From the NCBI RefSeq assembly GCF_009914755.1, contig NC_060927.1: DNA of 64,000 nt. One strand, given 5' to 3'. The notes under the pieces were generated by a model, which ran no database searches, was not told the DNA's origin, and saw only the letters and a program-made list of their open reading frames with translations. Below are positions 56,639 through 64,000 of the stretch, in pieces (the stretch's first letter is position 1; the number at the start of each line of letters is the position of its first letter). The position numbers and the translations under genes are program-made. The DNA comes from the human T2T-CHM13v2.0 reference genome, Homo sapiens.

Positions 56639-56961
56639 GGATATTATTCAGCATTAAAAAAGCACATACTGCCATTCCCAACTGCAATAAGTCAGACAGA
56701 GAAAGAAAATTACTGCAGGATCTCACTTATATGTGGAATCTGAAAACAAAACAGAACAATAAATACATAGAGACAGGTAGTAGAACTGCAGTGACCAGGG
56801 GTGGGAAGAGGGAGAAAATGAGAAGATGCAGATCAAAAGGCACCAACTTACATTTATGTAAGATGAACAAATCTAGAGATATATTGTACAGCACGAGGGC
56901 AAACTAAGAATATTCTATCTTATAGTGAAAATTTGCTGAGAGAATAGTTTTAAGCACTCTT

Positions 56962-57395
56962 ATTCACACGTGTACTTGTGAAGAGACCACCAAACAGGCT
57001 TTGTGTGAGCATTAAAGCTTTTTAATCACCTGGGTGCAGGCGGGCTGAGTTCGAAAAGAGAGCCAGCAAAGGGAGATAGAGGTGGGGCCGTTTTATAGGA
57101 TTAGGGTAGGTAGTGGAAAATTACAGTCAAAGGGGGTTTTTCTTTTATGGGCAGGGGCAGGGGTCACAATGTGCTCAGTGGGGGAGGTTCTGAGCCAGGA
57201 GAAGGAATTTCACAAAGTTGATTGCTCAATTAAGTTGGGGCAGGAACAAATCACAATGGTGGAATGTCATCAGTTAAGGCTGGAACCAGCCGTTTTCACT
57301 TCTTTTGTGATTCTTCACTTGCTTCAGGCCATCTGGACATACACGTGCAGGTCACAAGGGATACGATGGCTTAGGTTGGGCTCAGAGGCCTGACA
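56962..57395 (-). promoter_or_regulatory. HERV-H 3' LTR (LTR7 family, 434 bp) with TATA box and ATTAAA polyA signal; PPT at 57396-57408
   Basis: Minus strand reads cctataaaacggcccc ... ggtgattaaaaagc; PPT aagaaggcaggaa. Confidence 0.93.
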
Positions 57396-57408
57396 TTCCT
57401 GCCTTCTT

Positions 57409-58200
57409 ATATTAACAAGAAAAATAACATAAAATAGTATTGAAGTGTTGGGGCAGCGAAAATTTTTGGGGGGGTGGTATGGAGAAATAATGGGTGATGT
57501 TTCTCAGGGCTTCTTTGAGCAGGATTAGGGGCAGCGTGGGAACCTAGAGTGGGAGAGATTAAGTCGAAGGAAGATTTTGTGGTAAGAGGTGATATTGTGG
57601 TGTTGTTAGAAGGAGTATTTGTTATATAGAATGATTGGTGATGGCCTGGATATGGTTTTGGATGAATTGAGAAACTAAACGGAAGACACAAGGTCCAAAT
57701 AAGAGAAAGAGAAAAACAGGTATTAAAGGATAAGAATTCGAAGGACCCAGGACATCCAATTAGAGAGTGCCCAAGGGGGTTCAGCGTAATTACTGGCTTG
57801 TTTGGTGAGTTTTTGGGCTCTATCCTTGAGTTTTTTTATGTTGTCATACACCAGGCCAGATTGATTTAGGTAAAAACAACACTCTTCATTTAAAAATATA
57901 CAATCCTCTTTTTTTTTAGCACTGAGTAAGTTGAGGCCTTAGCGATTTTGGAGGAAAGAGAAATGCAAAGCCAGCAATTGTTTGTTAAAGGAGGATTAGA
58001 AACCGCTAAGAGAGAGTGAGTGAGATTGATAGTGTGGTGGAGATAGCTGGGGAGAGGTAAAGGGTGGCATAAAAATGGGAAAGAGAATAAGAGTGAGTAT
58101 AAAAGTAAAGAATAGGACTTCATCAGCGTGAAAGTATTGGAGTGTGTCCTGCCAGCAAATATTATTCATTTACTTTAAGAGCGAGTTAAGAGTGGTGGTT
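57409..58200 (-). pseudogene. env: HERV-H env remnant
   Basis: NNCWLCISL (CWLC SU motif) in ORF 57890-58123; truncated and frameshifted. Confidence 0.75.
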
Positions 58201-58499
58201 TGGGGATAGCACCAGGTGATATCAGCTATGATGGCTTGGAGAAACAGTGTAAACAGGCAGTGTAAACAAGAGCAGGGCATTTATGAGTAGTTGAGAACAG
58301 TGAATAGGAGTATGAGGAGTATGACTAGACAGAAGATAGTAGGAATGACAAGTTTTTGGAGTGAAGTCCAAGTTGGGCTGGTGTCTGGAATGAGACTGGG
58401 GCCTAAAAAAAAAAGGAGCGTCCATACAGGAGCTCAAATGGGCTGTACCCTGTAACATTCCGAGGACAGGCCCAAATTCTGAGAAGGGCAAGTGGTAAA

Positions 58500-59067
58500 A
58501 GTAATGTCCAGTCCTTTTTAAGTAGGAAGCTGAGCTCGGTGAGGTGTGTCTTTAAAAGACCATTAGTCTGTTTTACTTTTTCTGAAGATTGAGGATGGTA
58601 AGGGGTGTGAAGGTTTTACTGAATACCTAGAGCCTGAGAAACTGCTTGGTGATTTGACTAATAAAGGCCGGTCCGTTATTGGGCTGTATAGAGGTGGGAA
58701 GGCCAAACTGAGGAATTATGTCTGACAGAAGGGAAGAAATGACCATGGTGGCCTTCTCAGACCCTGCGGGAAAGGTCTCTACCCATCCAGTGAAAGTGTC
58801 TACCCAGACCAAGAGGTATTTTAGTTTCCTGACTTGGGGCATGTGAGTAAAGTCATTTTGCCAGTCCTGGTCAGGGACAAATCCCTGAGCTTGATGTGTA
58901 GGGAAGGGAGGGAGCCTGAACAATCCCTGAGGGGTAGTAGAATAGCAGATGGAACACTGAGAAGTGATTTCCTTGAGGATAGATTTCCACGATGGAAAGG
59001 AAATGAGAGGTTCTAAGAGGTGGGCTAGCAGCTTGTAACCTACATGGAAGAGGTTATGAAATGACAA
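58500..59067 (-). pseudogene. pol: HERV-H integrase remnant
   Basis: CSIC zinc-finger half, WQNDFTHMP, YLLVWVDTFTGWVE; SDNGPAF has degenerated to PNNGPAF. Confidence 0.9.
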
Positions 59068-59106
59068 CAGAATAGAATGGGCCTGTGAGGCTTTAAGGAG
59101 ATATTT

Positions 59107-61060
59107 TCATTGGTCTAAGAACCATTTGCCTTGTGTGGGAAGAGATTGATAGGTAGAAGTTTCAGTTGGGGAGTATGTGGGAGTGACCAATGAGAAGGAG
59201 AAAAACTGGCCATGAGGGGCAGAAATTGGAACACTAGCTGCTTCTTTAGCTACCTTATCAGCATAAGCATCGCCTAGAGCAATGGGATCTGACGCCTTTT
59301 GATGGCCCTTCCAGTGAATGACTCCAACTTCCTTTGGAAGTAAAGCGGCCTTCAGAAGAGTTTTTATTAAAGAGGTATTAATGATGGAGGACCTATGTGT
59401 AGTGAGGAAACCTCTTTCTGCCCATATAACCATATGGTGGTACAGGATATGGAAGGCATATTTAGAGTCATTATAAATATTGACGCATAGTTCATTTGCA
59501 AGAGTGAGGGCTTGAGTTAAGTTAATGAGTTTGGCTTGCTGAGAGGTAGTGGAGGACGGCAGAGTGGTAGCCTCAATGATAGATGTGGAAGATACTATAG
59601 CATAGCCTGCCTTTGCTGGTGAGTGACAATTAGGCCTGGTGGAACTGCTATCAATAAACCAAGTGTGGTCAGGGTGAGGAACAGGAGAGAAGGAAATATG
59701 GGGAAATGGGGTGAATGTCAGGTGGATCAGAGAGATACAGTCATGGAGGTCAGGTGTGGTATCTGGAATAATGTGGGAGGCCAGATTGAAGTCGGGGCCA
59801 GGAACAATGGTAATTGTGGGAGACTCAATGAAGAGTGAGTATAGCTGAAGGAGCCAGGGAGCAGAAAGTATATGCATCAGGTGTGAGGAAGAAAATAGAT
59901 TCTGGAAGTTATGAGAGCTGTAGAGAGTGAGTTGAGCATGGTTTGTGATTTTTAGGGCCTCTAAAAGTATTACGGCAGTGACAGCTGCCGCACAGAGACA
60001 TGATGGCCAGCCCAAAACAGTAAGGTCAAGTTATTTGGACAAAAAGGCTATAGGGCGCAATCCCAGTCTTTGTATAAGAATTCCGACTGCAAAGCCCTGC
60101 ACTTTGGCTGTGTGTAATGAAAAGGGTTGGGATGAGTCAGGGAGAGCTAGTGTGGGAGCAGTCTCTAAGGCTGTCTTCAAGGGATGGAAAGAGGAGTAGG
60201 GAAAGGATTTAGGATGTATGGGGTCAGCTAGGTTTCCTTTTGTGAGTTTATATAATGGTTTTGTTAGGATGGTAAAACCAGGTATCCAAAGGCAAAAGTA
60301 TCCAACCATGCCTAAGAAGGAAAGAAGTTGTTGTTTTGTAGAAGGGGTTGGGGTTTGAGACATCAGTCGGACACAATCGGCAGGAAGAGCACATGTGTTT
60401 TTATGAAGAATTATGCTGAGGTAGGTAACAGATGGAGAAGAAATTTGAGCTTTGGAGGGGGATACCCGATACCCTTTGAAGAATAAATGCTGAAGGAGCA
60501 GGAGGTTGTCTTGTTGAGAAGATTCAAAGGAGGGGCTACAAAGTAGAAGGTCATCAATATATTGAATAAGGTGAGAAGTGGAGGGGTGGAAAGAAAGTAA
60601 GTCATGAGAAAGAGCTTGGCTGAAGTAATGAGGGCTGTCCCTGAAGCCTTGTGGCAGTACAGCCCAGGTAAGCTACTGGAACTGATGGGTGTCAGGGTCA
60701 GTCCAGGTAAAAGCAAAGAGAGTTTGAGATGAGGGGTGCAGGAGAATAGTGAAAAAAGCATCTTTAAGATAAAGAGCGGAATAGTGAGTTGTGGAGGAAG
60801 GTATTGAGGACAAAAGAGTGTACGGGTTGGGCACTACAGGGTGGAGAGGGAAAACAATTTGGTTGATAAGGCGCAAATCCCGAACCAACCTGTAATACTT
60901 GTCTGGTTTTTGGACAGGTAAAATGGTGGAATTGTAAGGAGAGTTTATAGATTTTAGAAGCCCATGCTGTAGCAGGCGAGTGATAACAGGCTTCAATCCC
61001 TTTAAAGCCTGTTATGGGATGGGGTACTGGTGCTGAGTGGGGTAAGGGTGATTAGGTTTT
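59107..61060 (-). pseudogene. pol: HERV-H reverse transcriptase/RNase H remnant (frameshifted)
   Basis: YRLVRDLRLIN, LKDAFF, YIDD at 60550-60561, LLSFLGMVGY; RNase H WFID...DSKYAF...HWKGHQ. Confidence 0.92.
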
Positions 61061-61149
61061 AATGGGATAGTAATGGGCATGTGATCAGTTGCCAGGGAGG
61101 GAGTAGAGGTGTCCCATACTTGTGGGTGAAGTTGGGGGGATATGAGAGG

Positions 61150-61493
61150 AGGATGCGAAGGAGGCTTTGAACTGGGGAAAAGGCGGCAATGATGTGTGGC
61201 TGTAGCCCAGGAATAGTCAGGGAAGTAGATAATTTAGTTAAAATGTCTCATCCTAATAAGGGAACTGGGCAGGTGGGGATAACTAAAAAAGAGTGCATAA
61301 AAGAATGTTGTCCAAGTTGGCACCAGAGTTGGAGAGTTTTAAGAGGTTTAGAAGCCTGGCCATCAATAACCACATCAGTTATGGAGGCAAAGGAAATAGG
61401 CCTTTGAAAAGAAGGTAATGTGGAGTGGGTAGCCTCTGTATTGATTAAGAAGGGGATGGACTTACCCTCTACTGTAAGAGTTACCCAAAGCAT
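61150..61493 (-). pseudogene. pro: HERV-H protease remnant
   Basis: LTVEGKSIPFLINTEATHS (catalytic DTG reads NTE) ... CPVPLLG. Confidence 0.88.
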
Positions 61494-61499
61494 CTGTGA

Positions 61500-62750
61500 T
61501 GGTCCAGGAGGCTTCCAAGATGATCAGGCAGCATCAGTCTTCAGCCGCTAAGCTGAGAAGATCTGGGAAGGAGTCAGTCAGAGAGCCTTGGGCCAGAGTT
61601 CCAGGAGCTCTGGGAGAGGCTGCCTGGTGAGTTAACAGTCCGATTTCCAGTGGGGTCTCGCATAGATGGGACACAGCTTAGGAGGAATCCTGGGCTGTGG
61701 GCACTCCTTGGACCAGTGGCCAGGTTTCCGGCACTTGAAGTAAGATCCTGCGGGAGGAGGAGTAAGATCCTGAAGGAACAGCTGACCACAGTGGCTTAGG
61801 TGTTTCGAAGTTCTTGTGTGCTGGAGATGTGGCTGGGGTTTGTCTCACAGTGGAGGCAAGGAATTGTAACTCAGAAATATGTTGCTACTCGGCTGCCTCT
61901 ACACCTTGTAGGCCTTGTATTGTACACCTGGTATTGTACACCTTGTACACCTTGAAGGTGAGCTTAATTAAGTGCTGTTGTGGGGCTTGAGGGCTGGAAT
62001 CTAATTTTTGGAGTTTTATTTAATGTCGGGAGCAGATTGGGTAATAAAATGCATATTGAGAATAAGACGGCCTTCTGGCCCTTCAGGGTCTAGGGCTGTA
62101 AAGCATCTCAGGTGTGCTGCCAAAAGAGCCATGAACTGGGCTGGGTTTTTACATTTGATGAAAAAGAGCCTAAATGCTAACTGATTTGGGAGAGGTCAGA
62201 TAAAGAAAAAGGAGCATTACCCTTGACTATGCGTTTAGCTCCAGCCACCTTTTAAAGAGGAAATTGTTGGGCAGGTGGGGGAGGGCTAGTCGTGGAATGA
62301 AACTGTAAGCCAGATGGGGTGTGAGGAGGGGAGGTAATAGAAGGATTATAGGGTGGGAGAGTGGAGGCTAAGGAAGAATTGGGACCTGGCTCGACCTGGC
62401 GAGGAGCAGCCTGGGGAGGAGGGGAGAGGTCAGATGGGTCCTTAGAAAAGGAAGATTGGAAAGACTCAGCAACACTTGGGGTTGGGACTGAGGGGACAGG
62501 TGGGAGGGAAAGAAGGAAGATTTGGGACGAGCTGCATTGGGGACAGAGACTAGGGAGGGACAAATGTGTAAAAGAATACCTGGATATCAGGCACCTCAGA
62601 CCATTTGTCCATTTTATGACAAGAATTATTTAGATCTTGTGGGATGGAAAAATCAGAAGTGCCATTTTCTGGCTATTTGGAACCATTGTCGAGTTTGTAT
62701 TGGGGTTAAGCGGCATTGCAGAAGAAAATAAGGCATTGAGATTTTAGGTC
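61500..62750 (-). pseudogene. gag: HERV-H gag remnant
   Basis: Proline-rich segment with PPYNP late-domain-like motif and QQFPL; lies between the leader and pro. Confidence 0.75.
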
Positions 62751-63480
62751 AGGTGTGAGTTGAAGAGATTTTAAGTTCTTGAGAACACAGGCTAAGGGAG
62801 AAGAAGGAGGAATGGAGGGTGGAAGTTTGCCTATAGTGATGGAGGCAAGCCCAGAGAAAAGAGAGGGTAGAGACATGGAGAGAAGGGGTGGGGGGTGCTT
62901 GCCCCCATGAAAGTGAAAAGAGAGGGTAGAGACACAGAGCAAAGGGGTGGGGGATGCTTGCCCCCCAGGAAAGTGGAGAGAAAAGAGAGGGTGGAGACAC
63001 GGAGAGAAGGGGTGGGGGTACTTGCCCCCCAGGAAAGTGGTGCTTGCCACTAAGGGTGAAGGATCAAGGCAGGCGTCCCCACAGTGATCAGACACCTCTG
63101 AAACTTGGGTGAATAATCAAACAGGCGTTCCCTCAGTGATTAAACACCAAGGGAAGACTGTCTTCCCAAGTCCATGACCAGTGCCGGAGTTTTGGGTTCA
63201 CGGATAAAACACGTCTCCTGTGTCTCTACCAGAAAAGGAAAGGAACTGAAATTAAGAGAAGGGAGAGATTGAAAGATGGCGCTAAGATTGAAAGGAGAAA
63301 GAGGTTGAGGGATAGTGAGAGAGGTTGGAGAAGAGAGTAAAAAGAGGCCACTTACCCGATTTAAAATTGGTGAGATGTTCCTTGGGCTGGTTGGTCTGAG
63401 GACCCGATGTCATAGGTGGATTTTCTCATGGAGCAAAGAGGAAGACGACAGGGGATTGATCTCCCAAGGGAGGTCCCCCG

Positions 63481-63498
63481 ATCTGAGTCACACCACCA
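63481..63498 (-). promoter_or_regulatory. tRNA-His primer binding site
   Basis: TGGTGGTGTGACTCAGAT versus His PBS TGGTGCCGTGACTCGGAT (3 mismatches), adjacent to the 5' LTR. Confidence 0.9.
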
Positions 63499-63500
63499 AA

Positions 63501-63830
63501 TGTCACGCACATAGGGGTGGGGCCGTTTTATAGGATTTGGGTGGGTGGTGGAAAATTATAGTTAAAGAGGGGTTTTCTCTTATGGGCAGGGGCGGGGGTC
63601 ACAAGGTGCTCAGTGGGGGAGGTTCTGAGCCAGGAGAAGGAATTTCACAAGGTTAATTGCTCAGTTAAGGTGGGGCAGGAACAAATCACAATGGTGGAAT
63701 GTCATCAGTTAAGGCAGGAACTGGCCATTTTCACTTCTTTTGTGATTCTTCACTTGTTTCAGGCCATCTGGATGTATACGTGCAGGTCACAGGGGATACA
63801 ATGGCTTAGGTTGGGCTCATAGGCCTGACA
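63501..63830 (-). promoter_or_regulatory. HERV-H 5' LTR (330 bp; R and most of U5 deleted)
   Basis: Direct repeat of 57079-57395 plus the terminal ~13 bp; lacks the equivalent of 56975-57078. Confidence 0.93.
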
Positions 63831-64000
63831 CTCTTATCACACACACACAAATTATGTTAGCTGATAGATATATTAAATGGCTCGACTGTGGCAATCATTT
63901 CCCTATGTATATGTATATCAAAGTTTCATGCTGCATACCTTAAATGTATATAATAAAAAATAAATTAAGTAAAAACATGCATTCTCCATTTTTATTGCAT

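Larger units (their letters stand above)
56962..63830 (-). mobile_element. HERV-H provirus (common internally deleted ~6 kb form, two LTR7-family LTRs)
   Basis: LTRs start TGTCAGGCCT on the minus strand; His PBS, PPT and gag/pro/pol/env remnants; TSD CTCTT at 56957-56961 and 63831-63835. Confidence 0.97.
50790..63975 (+). mobile_element. L1MA6/7-like host element (5' region, ORF1, deleted ORF2, 3'UTR) split by MSTB, AluJ and HERV-H
   Basis: ORF1 peptide LNNKLGHVEERISDVED (51690-51893); ORF1 resumes at 54696; ORF2 3' part from about 55098; the 3'UTR is continuous across the HERV-H (taagcactctt | atcacacacac...tataataaaaaa). Confidence 0.82.

Noticed and set aside
59107-60015. Longest ORF (302 aa) as a possible novel or domesticated protein
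   Set aside because: It is HERV-H pol tether/RNase H sequence flanked by frameshifts, with degenerate catalytic motifs (for example QQAKL for QQAEL)
61430-61450. Protease active site reading NTE instead of DTG as a novelty
   Set aside because: An inactivating change that, as I recall, is common among defective HERV-H copies

Overview
AT-rich primate (most likely human) non-coding DNA dominated by interspersed repeats; I cannot recognise any cellular protein-coding exon, RNA gene or CpG island. The ORF track is explained by repeats and random short ORFs. The main element is a two-LTR HERV-H provirus on the minus strand (56962-63830) with decayed gag/pro/pol/env remnants and a His-tRNA PBS. 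It sits in the 3' end of an old L1MA-type element (about 50790-63975) that also carries a full MSTB provirus and an AluJ. The rest is L1, L2, MIR, Alu, MaLR solo LTRs, hAT DNA-transposon fossils and microsatellites; family names come from remembered consensus sequences and need RepeatMasker confirmation. I see no supportable new biological system. The most unusual directly visible features are a ~104 bp R-U5 deletion in the HERV-H 5' LTR that keeps the TATA box and splice donor, a perfect 61 bp palindrome with templated micro-repeats inside an old L1, and an ancient ~110 bp copy of nearby sequence inserted into another L1.
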